Assembly (NCBI GenBank): GCA_030684355.1
Contig: JAUXTN010000093.1
Coordinates: forward strand, 22,894 to 86,893
Direction of reading: 5' to 3'
DNA from: Pseudomonadota bacterium
Lineage (GTDB): Bacteria; Myxococcota_A; UBA796; SXON01
Length of the DNA stretch: 64,000 nt
The position numbers and the translations under genes were made by a program. Positions 9,723 to 18,060 of this stretch are shown here, in pieces. How positions within the stretch are numbered: position 1 is the stretch's first letter; every line of letters starts with the position of its first letter. The notes beneath the pieces were generated by a model. It had not been told where the DNA came from. It worked only from the letters and a program-made list of their open reading frames with translations, and did not search any database.

Positions 9723-10331
9723 TCAGTCGCGCCGCACCAGCGCAAAGCAGAAGGGCAGGGCGCCGAATCGGCCCCACGGCTTGCCGACGCTCACGTGGCG
9801 CGAGACGCGGCGCATGAAGTCGCGGGTGCCGGCGTACACGAGCGCCTGCGGGCCCCACCAGTTCGGCACCACCTTCGGCCAGCCCGCGGGCACGGGGCCG
9901 TCGGGCACGCGAAAGTAGTCCACGACCCAGGCGCCACGGGCCTCGAAGACGGGATCGCCCGCCGTGGGGACGACCTGGAAGTAGCCGGGGCCGATCCACT
10001 TCCGGGCGTCGCCCTCGTTGTAGCCGTACAGGCGGGGCGGACCGCCGGGCTCGGGGCGGGCGAACACCTTCTGGAAGCGTCGCGCCGCGCGGGGCAACGG
10101 GAGCGAGTTCCAGCCGTCGTGGGCGACCGGCTCGAGCGGGCCGCGGTCGAGGACGAAGTGGGCGGCGTCGATCGGGGGGGCGTCCGCGGCGAGCTCGTAG
10201 AGCCGGTTGAGCTCGGCGCGCTCGCACGCCTGGATGGCGGCGTACTGCGCGGCCGGGTCGAGGGCATCGAGCGCGTCGCGCACGGTGGCGAGGGGGGGCG
10301 CGGGGTCGCGGAGGAGGGCGGCGAGGTCCAT
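9723..10331 (-). CDS. hypothetical protein, translationally coupled to the SGNH-domain gene
   Basis: 202 aa starting MDLAALLRDP. Its ATG shares one base with the upstream TGA (TGATG). I recognise no family. The upstream part of track ORF 9723..10955 is Arg-rich artefact. Confidence 0.65.
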   Translation of the reverse strand: MDLAALLRDPAPPLATVRDALDALDPAAQYAAIQACERAELNRLYELAADAPPIDAAHFVLDRGPLEPVAHDGWNSLPLPRAARRFQKVFARPEPGGPPRLYGYNEGDARKWIGPGYFQVVPTAGDPVFEARGAWVVDYFRVPDGPVPAGWPKVVPNWWGPQALVYAGTRDFMRRVSRHVSVGKPWGRFGALPFCFALVRRD

Positions 10332-12913
10332 CAGGGGACGGCTCCGGCGCCCGCGCCACGCACGGCCGGCGCTTCGGTGGGGGGAGGCGCGGCGACGGCG
10401 ACCGGCACGCCGGGGAACGCGGCGCGGGGCGGCTCGACGAGGGAGAGCGCGGTGACCATCGCGAAGGGGGCGCCCGCCGGCGTGGAGAGCTCGACGACGA
10501 CGCCCTCGGCGGTTGCGGGGATCGGCACGGGCAGGACCCAGCTCGGCGGCGTGGCGTCGAGGGTGGCGAACGGGGCGGTCCCCTCGAACACGGTCTCGGT
10601 CCCGACGATCACCCGCGCGGTCATCGCCGCCGTCGGGTCGGTGCCCCCGAACGCGGAGACGGTGAGGTCGAGGCGCGTGGCGGCGGTGGAGAGCCGCCGG
10701 AGGGGATCGGCGCCGACGGTGAACCGGGCGATGTCTCCCGGGTAGATCCACCGCCCGGACCGGCACGCGCGGTCGGGGTTCAGGATCGCCGTGTAGGTCC
10801 GGCCGCTCTCGATCGGCGAGGCGCCGTCGGGCGCGCTGAAGAGGATCCCGAAGGCCGTGTGGGCGTAGGCGCCGCCGCCTTCCTTCACGATCCGCAGCGG
10901 GCTGTTGGGCGCGGGGAGGGGGACCCCGTCCTCCAGGACCACCACCGGCGAGCACGCGGAGATCCCCGACTGCTTGTAGACGGTGTCGCCGTCGGGCGCG
11001 CCGAGGGCCGTGGCCTCGAACCGGAAGCCCCCTTCGCGCGTGGGGAGGGCCTTCCCCAGCGGGCCGAGTGGCGGGGGCGCGGCGGCGTAGGCCAGCTCTC
11101 CCCGGAGCATCTCGACGGTGCGGCCGCTGTCGGGGGCGCCGAGGAGGTACCAGGGCGCGGCGTCGGTGCCCGCGACGATGCGCCGCACGAGGAGCCAGGG
11201 CCCGTCGGGCGGCGAGGTGACCTCGACGCCCCAGGCAGCCGTCGGCGCGGCCCCGGCCACCGTCGCACTGCCCGCGGCGCCCTCGACGGCGAGGGGCGCG
11301 CTGCCGCCGACCCAGGAGACGGTCGCGGGGGAGGTGCCGGGGATGGCGACGTGGGCCTCGACGTAGACCGCGAAGCCGTCGACCGGGGCGTCGAACCCCT
11401 GCGCGGCATCGGCGCGCAGGGTGGTGCCCGGGTACACCCAGTAGAGCTCCCGGCCGAACGGATCGCGCAGGGGGACGTCATCGCTCAAGGCGAGCGTGTA
11501 CGCGCGGCTCGGGACGACCTCCGCGGGGCCGCCGGTGGGCGAGAACTTCACGCTCCCGGCCTGGTGGCTGAACCCGCCGGCGCAGGAGAGGTCGAAGGCC
11601 TCGCGCGCCGCGTGGGGCAGGAGCGGGGTGCCGTCCTCCGCGAGGAGGAGCGGCGAGGCCGCGCCGATGCCGGCCTTGCCGAGGACCGTGTCCGAGATCC
11701 CCTCGAGGCCCTTCACGTTGAGTTGCCACCCGCATTCCCAGGGGCCGCGCTTGGGCGCCGGGGGGGCCGGGAGGGTGGGGGGCTCGCCGCGGCGCGTGAC
11801 CGTGGCGGGCGAGCGGGGCAGGGGGGCGGGCCCGAACGGGGCGGCCCCCATCGCGCCCATCGCCACGAGCCGATCGGCGAGCGCCGCCGAGAGGGTCGTG
11901 CGGCCAGAGCTGTTCATGTGGATGCCGTCGCCGTAGGCGGAGGGCGGCAGGCGGAGGTCGGCGAGGTCGAGGTAGCCGGCGCCGGCCTGGTTCAGCGCGT
12001 CGACCATCGCGCGCACGAGCGCGGGGTCGGAGCGATCGTAGACATCCACCTTCGCGGCCGAGAGCGGGGCCTGCGCGAACACGATGCGCGCGCCGTGGTC
12101 GTGCGCGAGCGCCACGAGGTCGGGGACGAGGGTGTCCGCCACGTCGGTGTCGCGCGCGGTCCGCTCGGCGGTCGCGGCCTCCGCGATGGGGATGGCGCGG
12201 TGGCGGGTGACGGCCTCCGCGCCGGCGTCGGCGCCGAGCACCTTCTCCAGGGCGGGCACGGCGTGGGCGCGGCCGGCGGCGAGCAGGCCGTCGGGGCTCG
12301 GCGGCGCGAAGAAGAGGCCCGCGATCCCGTCGCGGATGCCGTGCTGGAAGCCCTGCAGGAGCGACGTCTTGCGGGTCCGCACGCGCTGCCAGAAGGGGCT
12401 GACGGGTTCGCCGCCGAAGACCTTCTGGTCGAGCACGGGCTCGTTGTCGCCGAGGTACCTCGCGAGCGACATCCGCTCCAGCTCGCTGTCGAGGGTGGTC
12501 CGCAGCATGGCGCCCGCCGTGCCGTAGACGATGACCAGCTTCGGCGTGTGGCCGGCCTCGAAGACGCACCGCTCGAGCGACGCGTACCAGAGCGGGGCGC
12601 TGGAGCCGGGGCCGCCGACCTTCGCGATGTCCTTCACCCCGAGCGCGCGCGCGAGGACGGCGCGATCGACGTCGGTGCCCGCCTTGGAGTTGCCGACGAT
12701 CACGACATCGTCCCCCGCGCGCTCGACCGTCTGGAGGCAGGCCGTGACCTCGGGGGGCTCGGCGGCGCCCTCCCCCGGCGCGTCCGCGCGGCCCCAGTAG
12801 CCGAGCGTCCCGGCCACGATCGCCACGGGCATCAGCACCGCGAGGAGCGCGGACGCGGGCGACACCGGGGTGGACCGACGGGGGGGGCTAGAACTGGAAA
12901 TAGATGAAGTCAT
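10331..12913 (-). CDS. membrane-anchored SGNH/GDSL-type acyl-transferase/esterase-like protein with a large duplicated C-terminal region
   Basis: N-terminal RR plus TM (ASALLAVLMPVAIVAG). SGNH block I is VVIVGNSKAG and block V is YGDGIHMNSSG. It lies directly downstream of an MBOAT gene, as in AlgI/AlgJ-X, PatA/PatB and DltB/DltD pairs. The C-terminal ~470 aa contain two copies of a ~100-aa module. Confidence 0.8.
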   Translation of the reverse strand: MTSSISSSSPPRRSTPVSPASALLAVLMPVAIVAGTLGYWGRADAPGEGAAEPPEVTACLQTVERAGDDVVIVGNSKAGTDVDRAVLARALGVKDIAKVGGPGSSAPLWYASLERCVFEAGHTPKLVIVYGTAGAMLRTTLDSELERMSLARYLGDNEPVLDQKVFGGEPVSPFWQRVRTRKTSLLQGFQHGIRDGIAGLFFAPPSPDGLLAAGRAHAVPALEKVLGADAGAEAVTRHRAIPIAEAATAERTARDTDVADTLVPDLVALAHDHGARIVFAQAPLSAAKVDVYDRSDPALVRAMVDALNQAGAGYLDLADLRLPPSAYGDGIHMNSSGRTTLSAALADRLVAMGAMGAAPFGPAPLPRSPATVTRRGEPPTLPAPPAPKRGPWECGWQLNVKGLEGISDTVLGKAGIGAASPLLLAEDGTPLLPHAAREAFDLSCAGGFSHQAGSVKFSPTGGPAEVVPSRAYTLALSDDVPLRDPFGRELYWVYPGTTLRADAAQGFDAPVDGFAVYVEAHVAIPGTSPATVSWVGGSAPLAVEGAAGSATVAGAAPTAAWGVEVTSPPDGPWLLVRRIVAGTDAAPWYLLGAPDSGRTVEMLRGELAYAAAPPPLGPLGKALPTREGGFRFEATALGAPDGDTVYKQSGISACSPVVVLEDGVPLPAPNSPLRIVKEGGGAYAHTAFGILFSAPDGASPIESGRTYTAILNPDRACRSGRWIYPGDIARFTVGADPLRRLSTAATRLDLTVSAFGGTDPTAAMTARVIVGTETVFEGTAPFATLDATPPSWVLPVPIPATAEGVVVELSTPAGAPFAMVTALSLVEPPRAAFPGVPVAVAAPPPTEAPAVRGAGAGAVP

Positions 12914-14297
12914 TGGCCGACATGCGGACGAAGGTGAAGATCGCGAGGCCGAAGCTCGCCCAGGCGGCGGTCTGCATCGGGAGGTACCACCGGCTCGCCT
13001 CGACGGTGGGGAGGACCCACTTCTCCACCGCGAGCCCCAGGAACAGCGGCAGCGAGAGCACGAGCGTCATGCCCATCACGACGGCGGCGGTGAGGGTCTG
13101 CTCCGGGGTGGCGGCGAACGGGTCCTGCGTGAGGAGGGCGAACATCCGCGCGATCTCGAGCTCGCGGAAGAGGAACCACCCGAAACAGGTGAAGCCGAAC
13201 ATGATCGCGATGGCGACGTAGCGCGCCCCCGGCATCCCCCGGAGTCCCTTCGGGATCCGCGGGACGACCAGCCGGTACCCCGTCAGGAGCGCGCCATGGT
13301 AGGCGCCCCACAACGCGAAGTTCCACGAGGCGCCGTGCCAGATCCCCGAGAGCACCATCGCGGCGAACGTGTTCCGCGTGCTGAACCAGAAGCCGCCCCG
13401 CGAGCCGCCGAAGGGGATGTAGACGTAGTCCCGGATCCACGTGGAGAACGAGATGTGCCAGCGGTTCCAGAAGTCGGAGGGGTTCGTGGCCAGGTAGGGG
13501 TGCCGGAAGTTCTCCATCAGGTCGAACCCGATCATGCGGGCGGTGCCCCGCGCGATGTCGGTGTACCCGGAGAAGTCCGTCAGGATCTGGAGCGCGAACG
13601 CCACGGTGCCCGCGACGACCATGGAGGTCGAGGGGGCGTCCACCGAGAAGATCTTGTCGGTGTACGGCGAGATGCTGTCCGCGATGCACACCTTCTTGAA
13701 CGCGCCCCACATCGCGAGCGCGAAGCCGCTGCGGAGCTGCTCCCAGTCGAACTTGCGGTCGGTCTCGGCTTGCTGGAGCAGGTTGCTCGCCCGCTGGACC
13801 GGCCCGGCGACGAGGTGGCAGAAGAGGCTCACCGCGAGCAGGTAGTCGAGCAGGTTCTTCCGGGGCTTCAGCTCGCCGCGGTACACGTCGAAGGAGTAGG
13901 CCATCGACTGGAACGTGTAGAACGAGATGCCGGCCGGGAGCAGGATGCCGAGCGGCGTCAGCGAGTTCTCCACGCCGAGCGCGGTGAGCGCCGCGCCCGC
14001 GCTCTCGATGAAGAAGTCCCAGTACTTGTAGTACCCGAGCAGGCCGAGGTTGGCGGCGATGCTGACCGTGAGCACGAGCTTCTTGCGGTCGGGCCAGCGC
14101 GCCATCGCGAGGCCGGCGCCGTAGTCGAGCAGCGCCGCCACGTACATCAGGATGAGCCACGCGGGGTGCACCCAGCCGTAGAAGACCGCGCTGGCGACCA
14201 CCAGGAGGACGTTCTGGGCCAGCCGCGCGCGGACGCCCCAGTAGAGCGCGAACACCACCGCGAAGAAGGCCAGGAATTCGACCTGGACGAAGGTCAA
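12888..14297 (-). CDS. MBOAT family membrane-bound O-acyltransferase (AlgI/DltB/PatA-like)
   Basis: Motifs: GISFYTFQSMAYSFDVYRG, FWNRWHISFSTWIRDYVYIPFGGSR, and IWHGASWNFALWG with the conserved His. Multi-TM. TTG start at 14297. Confidence 0.92.
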   Translation of the reverse strand: MTFVQVEFLAFFAVVFALYWGVRARLAQNVLLVVASAVFYGWVHPAWLILMYVAALLDYGAGLAMARWPDRKKLVLTVSIAANLGLLGYYKYWDFFIESAGAALTALGVENSLTPLGILLPAGISFYTFQSMAYSFDVYRGELKPRKNLLDYLLAVSLFCHLVAGPVQRASNLLQQAETDRKFDWEQLRSGFALAMWGAFKKVCIADSISPYTDKIFSVDAPSTSMVVAGTVAFALQILTDFSGYTDIARGTARMIGFDLMENFRHPYLATNPSDFWNRWHISFSTWIRDYVYIPFGGSRGGFWFSTRNTFAAMVLSGIWHGASWNFALWGAYHGALLTGYRLVVPRIPKGLRGMPGARYVAIAIMFGFTCFGWFLFRELEIARMFALLTQDPFAATPEQTLTAAVVMGMTLVLSLPLFLGLAVEKWVLPTVEASRWYLPMQTAAWASFGLAIFTFVRMSANDFIYFQF

Positions 14298-14350
14298 GCG
14301 CGAGCTCCGGAGGGGAAGGGGAGGCTATCTCCGCATCACGTCGGGGGGAT

Positions 14351-14376
14351 GCAAAAAATGCGCGAGGCTTGCCCGC
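14351..14376 (-). terminator. possible intrinsic terminator after the DT-repeat lipoprotein gene
   Basis: The minus strand reads GCGGGCAAGCCTCGCGCATTTTTTGC immediately after the stop. This is a short imperfect GC stem followed by a T6 run, which is rare in this GC-rich context. Confidence 0.35.
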
Positions 14377-14967
14377 TCAATCGTCGATGGCGTCGCACCA
14401 GAAGGCGATGGGCTGCGGCGTGAGCGTGACGTCGCCGGTGTCCCCGGTGAGCGCGCCGGTGGTGAACGTGCCGTAGGCGCCGTTGGTGCCGAAGCCCTCG
14501 ACGACGACCTCCACGTCCACCGTGCCGCTGTTGGCGGCGTAGTAGCGGCCGCCGCTGAAGTTCTCGATGAGCTGCACCTGGACGGTCGTGTTGTAGGTGC
14601 CCCGGCCGGCGAAGGGCTCGCGCACGAAGAGGCGGAGGTTCCAGGTGAATTCGGTCGCCGAGTTCGAGTAGGTGAGCTGGAACTGGTTGTTGGGCGGGTG
14701 GGAGCACACGATCTGGTCGAACGTGGCGGGCCCCGCGGCATCGCCGGCGAGCTGCACGGTGATGGGGAGCGGGCTCGCGGGGAGCTCGATCGTGTCGTCC
14801 ATCGTGCTGGTGTCGGTGTCCGCGTCGGTATCCGTGTCCGTGTCCGCGTCGGTGTCCGTGTCCGTGTCCGCGCTGGAGGTGTCCCCCGAGTCGTCCGCCG
14901 TCTTGTCGGAGACGCAGCCGAGGAGGGCGAGGAGCGCCAGGAGGAGCGGGTAGGAGCGTGCGCGCAT
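14377..14967 (-). CDS. lipoprotein with Asp-Thr repeat linker, unknown function
   Basis: The internal ATG at 14967 gives MRARSYPLLLALLALLGC (signal plus lipobox), followed by SADTDTDTDADTDTDTDADTDT. Confidence 0.75.
   Translation of the reverse strand: MRARSYPLLLALLALLGCVSDKTADDSGDTSSADTDTDTDADTDTDTDADTDTSTMDDTIELPASPLPITVQLAGDAAGPATFDQIVCSHPPNNQFQLTYSNSATEFTWNLRLFVREPFAGRGTYNTTVQVQLIENFSGGRYYAANSGTVDVEVVVEGFGTNGAYGTFTTGALTGDTGDVTLTPQPIAFWCDAIDD
14809..14868 (-). repeat. coding (GAC-ACN)n hexanucleotide repeat encoding (DT)n/DA linker
   Basis: Codons 34-53 of the lipoprotein; gtgtcc/gtgtcg periodicity is visible on the plus strand. Confidence 0.8.
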
Positions 14968-14988
14968 GGGGATCTCCGTGTGCAGGGT

Positions 14989-15025
14989 GTAGCCAGGCCG
15001 GCTAGCGCACGGCCTGTCTATCGTT
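14989..15025 (+). repeat. 37-nt hairpin-forming intergenic repeat, copy 1
   Basis: GTAGCCAGGCCGGCTAGCGCACGGCCTGTCTATCGTT. It contains a 7-bp stem CAGGCCG/CGGCCTG around the loop GCTAGCGCA. It is identical (37/37, inverted) to 36240..36276 and matches 29656..29692 at 33/37. Confidence 0.9.
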
Positions 15026-15080
15026 GTCGGACCCGTGCCGGGATGCGGTACGCTCTCGCGTCGCACCTGGAGGCGCGCGG

Positions 15081-15971
15081 ATGGAGCTCGTCGCCCGGAA
15101 CGTGGAGGTCGCCGCGAGCGGCCGTACCATCCTCTCGGGGATCGACCTGAGGCTCCGCGCGGGGGAGCTCTGCGGCCTCATCGGGCCGTCCGGAGCGGGG
15201 AAGAGCACGTTGATCCGCGTGCTCCTCGGCCTCACGACGCCCGCGCGGGGGGACGTGACGCTCGCGGGCGCGCCGGTCGGGACCCGGGGGCCGGTCGGCT
15301 ACGTGCCGCAGGACGACGCGCTGCACACCTCGCTGCGCGTGGGGGACGCCCTCGGCTTCGCGGCGGAGCTCCGGATGCACGGCGCCCCGGACCCCTCCCG
15401 CGCGGCGCGGGTGCGCGAGGTGATCGCGCAGGTGGGCCTCTCGGAGCGGGTGGACGTGCGGATCGCACGCTTGAGCGGCGGCCAGCGCAAGCGGGTCAGC
15501 GTCGCGATGGAGCTGCTCTCCCGCCCCGAGCTCCTCATCCTCGACGAGCCGACGAGCGGGCTCGATCCGGGGCTCGAGGCGAAGATGATGGAGCTCTTCG
15601 CGGGCGTGGCGCGCTCCGGCCGCGTCGTCATCGTAGCCACGCACGCCATGCAGTCCCTCGCCTGCTGCGACGCCCTCGCCGTGCTCGCCGGCGGCCTGCT
15701 CGTCTACTTCGGCCCGCCCGCCGACGCCCCCGCGTTCTTCGGCGCCCGGGACCTCGTCGATCTCTTCGCGCGCCTCGCCACCGAGCGCCCGGAGGCCTGG
15801 GCCGCCCGCTACCGCCAGAGCGGCCTCGCCACGTCGTTCGCGGCGCGCGCGCGGCCGATGAGCCCCGCCCCGGCCTCCGGGGAGCCCGCCGCCAACCCGC
15901 TCGCCGCCCGCGCCTCGCTCGTCGCGGAGCTCGAGCGCCTGAAGGCCGCGCGCGCGAAGGGCGACGCTTGA
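15081..15971 (+). CDS. ABC transporter ATP-binding protein
   Basis: Walker A GPSGAGKST, signature LSGGQRKR, Walker B LLILDEPTSGLD. Start at MELVARN. Confidence 0.9.
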   Translation: MELVARNVEVAASGRTILSGIDLRLRAGELCGLIGPSGAGKSTLIRVLLGLTTPARGDVTLAGAPVGTRGPVGYVPQDDALHTSLRVGDALGFAAELRMHGAPDPSRAARVREVIAQVGLSERVDVRIARLSGGQRKRVSVAMELLSRPELLILDEPTSGLDPGLEAKMMELFAGVARSGRVVIVATHAMQSLACCDALAVLAGGLLVYFGPPADAPAFFGARDLVDLFARLATERPEAWAARYRQSGLATSFAARARPMSPAPASGEPAANPLAARASLVAELERLKAARAKGDA

Positions 15972-16744
15972 CCGCCCCGGCACCGCTCCGCGAGCGTCGG
16001 GCCACGGGCTACGGACCCGCGTCCGCGCAACGCCGCGTCCTGGCCGCCCGCTACCGCGCCACCCTGCTCGGGGACTGGCCCACGGTCGTCGTCCTCGTCG
16101 CCCAGGCGCCGTTCATCGGGTGGTTGTGCACGATCGTGTGGGGCTCCGTCGAGACGGACACGCCCTCGCTCCGCTTCGTGCTCGCGCTCGCCGCGGTCTG
16201 GTTCGGGTGCGTCAACGCCTGCCGGGAGATCGTGAAGGAGCGCGCGATCGTCGAGCGGGAGCGCCTCCTCGGCCTCTCGCTCGTCGCGTACGTCGCCTCG
16301 CGCATCCAGGTGCTCGCCGTGCTGGCCCTCGCGCAGGTGGTCCTGCTGCAAGGCGCGGTCGAGTGGAAGCTGGCGCTGCGGGGCAACTTCGCCGTCGAGC
16401 TGTTCGCGCTCTGGCTCGCGGCGCTCGCGGGCACCGGCATCGGCCTGTTCGTCTCGGCGCTGTCGACCAGCCAGGAGCGCGCCGTCGGGGTGGTGCCGCT
16501 CCTCCTGTTGCCGCAGATCCTGTTCTCGTCCTTCGCCATCCCCGAGTCCCAATTCAGCGACGTCGTGCGGGCGGTGGAGAAGGGGATGCCCGTACACTGG
16601 GCCTACGAGGTGTTCGACGCGCTCGCGGCGCCCGAGGTCGGGTGGGGCAGGGTCGCCCTCGCGTTGTGCGCCCTGGCAGGCATGACCACGGTGGCGGCGC
16701 TCGCTACGACGGCGGCGCTCGTACGGAGGCGATCGGTCGTATGA
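15968..16744 (+). CDS. ABC-2 type transporter permease
   Basis: 258-aa multi-TM protein in the frame of track ORF 15035..16744. Its TTG start overlaps the ATPase stop (TTGA). The upstream part of that track ORF is artefact. Confidence 0.75.
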   Translation: MTAPAPLRERRATGYGPASAQRRVLAARYRATLLGDWPTVVVLVAQAPFIGWLCTIVWGSVETDTPSLRFVLALAAVWFGCVNACREIVKERAIVERERLLGLSLVAYVASRIQVLAVLALAQVVLLQGAVEWKLALRGNFAVELFALWLAALAGTGIGLFVSALSTSQERAVGVVPLLLLPQILFSSFAIPESQFSDVVRAVEKGMPVHWAYEVFDALAAPEVGWGRVALALCALAGMTTVAALATTAALVRRRSVV

Positions 16745-17229
16745 AGAAGGCGCTCTGGACCCTCGGCCTCCTGCTCCTCCTCGGCGGCGGCTACGCCACG
16801 GCCGCGCACCTCTCGGGGGGTGCGTACCCGACCTTCGGGCTCCCCCTCGGCGGCGACCGCGGGCTCTTGCGCCGCACCGCCCTGGCTTTCTGGGAGGACA
16901 TCCAGTTCAAGGACTTCGCGCGCGCGGCGTCCTACCACGCCCCCGAGATCCAGGGCTCGGTGGACATCCCGTACCTCCTCGAGCGCCTCTTCGGCATCAA
17001 GCCCGAGATGCTCGACATCATGGAGATCGAGGTCGTCCTCTCCGACATCGACAGCACCGGGCTGCGCGCGCGCGTCAAGACGCGCCTGAAGGTGAAATTG
17101 CTGGTAGATGCCAGCATCACCGAGCGCGAGGTGATGCTCTACTTCCACCGCGGCGTGGGGGAGCCCTGGTACATGGAGCTCGAGACCTCCTTGCGGAGCA
17201 TCGAGGCGGAGAACGGGAAGAAGCACTGA
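16741..17229 (+). CDS. exported/membrane-anchored hypothetical protein coupled to the ABC-2 exporter
   Basis: MKKALWTLGLLLLLGGG signal/anchor. ATGA overlap with the permease stop. 162 aa. Confidence 0.7.
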   Translation: MKKALWTLGLLLLLGGGYATAAHLSGGAYPTFGLPLGGDRGLLRRTALAFWEDIQFKDFARAASYHAPEIQGSVDIPYLLERLFGIKPEMLDIMEIEVVLSDIDSTGLRARVKTRLKVKLLVDASITEREVMLYFHRGVGEPWYMELETSLRSIEAENGKKH

Positions 17230-17248
17230 CGTGATTCCGACGTGCGGT

Positions 17249-17276
17249 TTGACACAGTCGGCCTCGTCCCTACAGT
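17249..17276 (+). promoter_or_regulatory. candidate sigma70-type promoter for azoR
   Basis: TTGACA (17249-17254), 16-nt spacer, TACAGT (17271-17276). It ends 24 nt upstream of the ATG at 17300, with GAGG just before the start. Confidence 0.4.
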
Positions 17277-17299
17277 GTGCCTCCTTCCCCCCGAGGCTC

Positions 17300-17929
17300 A
17301 TGCCCACGCTTCTCCACATCTCCGCCAGCCCGCTCCACGAGGGGTCGTTCTCCTCCCGCATCGCCGACGCCTTCCTCGCCTCCTGGCGGGAGTCCAACCC
17401 CGGCGGCACCGTCGATACGATCAACCTGTGGACGGAGCAGCTCCCCGCGTTCGACGCCGAAGGCGCGACGTGGAAGCTGAAGACGATGGCGGGCGTGGCG
17501 CCGTCGCCGGAGGACGCGGCCGTCTACGCGCGCATCCGCGGCGTGGCCGACCGCTTCCTCGCCGCCGACAAGTACCTGATCTCCTGCCCGATGTGGAACT
17601 TCAGCGTGCCCTACACGCTCAAGCACTACATCGACGTGCTCGTCCAGCCCGGCCTCACCTACGGTTTCGACCCCGCGAAGGGCTTCTTCGGGCTCGTCCC
17701 CGACCGCCCCGTCCAGCTCGTGCTCACCCGCGGCGGCAGCTACGCCCCCGGCCAGCAGCTCGCGCACCTCGAGTTCCAGCGCAGCTACCTCGAGGGCGTG
17801 CTCGGCTTCATCGGCCTCACCGACACGCGCGCCATCGTGATGGAGTGCACGGGGTACGGGCCGGCGGTCTCCGATCCGCTCCTCGCGCAGGCGAGCGCCG
17901 AGGCCGCGGTGGCCGGGCAGACGTTCTGA
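17300..17929 (+). CDS. azoR: FMN-dependent NADH-azoreductase
   Basis: MPTLLHISASP..., DKYLISCPMWNFSVPYTLKHYIDVLVQPGLTYGF. Confidence 0.88.
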   Translation: MPTLLHISASPLHEGSFSSRIADAFLASWRESNPGGTVDTINLWTEQLPAFDAEGATWKLKTMAGVAPSPEDAAVYARIRGVADRFLAADKYLISCPMWNFSVPYTLKHYIDVLVQPGLTYGFDPAKGFFGLVPDRPVQLVLTRGGSYAPGQQLAHLEFQRSYLEGVLGFIGLTDTRAIVMECTGYGPAVSDPLLAQASAEAAVAGQTF

Positions 17930-17936
17930 TCTGGGC

Positions 17937-17966
17937 GGGGCGGGCGCCGATCCGGCGTCCCGCCCC
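17937..17966 (+). terminator. GC-rich stem-loop downstream of azoR
   Basis: GGGGCGGGCGCCG-atc-CGGCGtCCCGCCCC forms a 13-bp stem with one bulge, 8 nt after the stop. No U-tract follows. Confidence 0.35.
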
Positions 17967-18060
17967 AGCGCGCTCCCGGGCGCGAACGCCACGCGGGGAT
18001 GGGGGAACACGCACGCCGCTCTCGACGGGTCCGCACCCCTCGCGATAATGCACGGCAGCG

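Noticed and set aside
12880-12887. G8/C8 homopolymer immediately after the MBOAT stop, within codons 9-11 of the SGNH gene, as a potential phase-variation switch
   Set aside because: Homopolymer G/C runs of this length are not rare at this GC content, and no alternative frame gives a sensible product. It is noted only because it sits in the 26-nt gene overlap.
18022-18049. Possible promoter TCGACG-N16-GATAAT upstream of the RIO kinase gene
   Set aside because: The -35 match is weak. The -10 ends only 11 nt before the ATG, which would imply a nearly leaderless mRNA. The evidence is insufficient.
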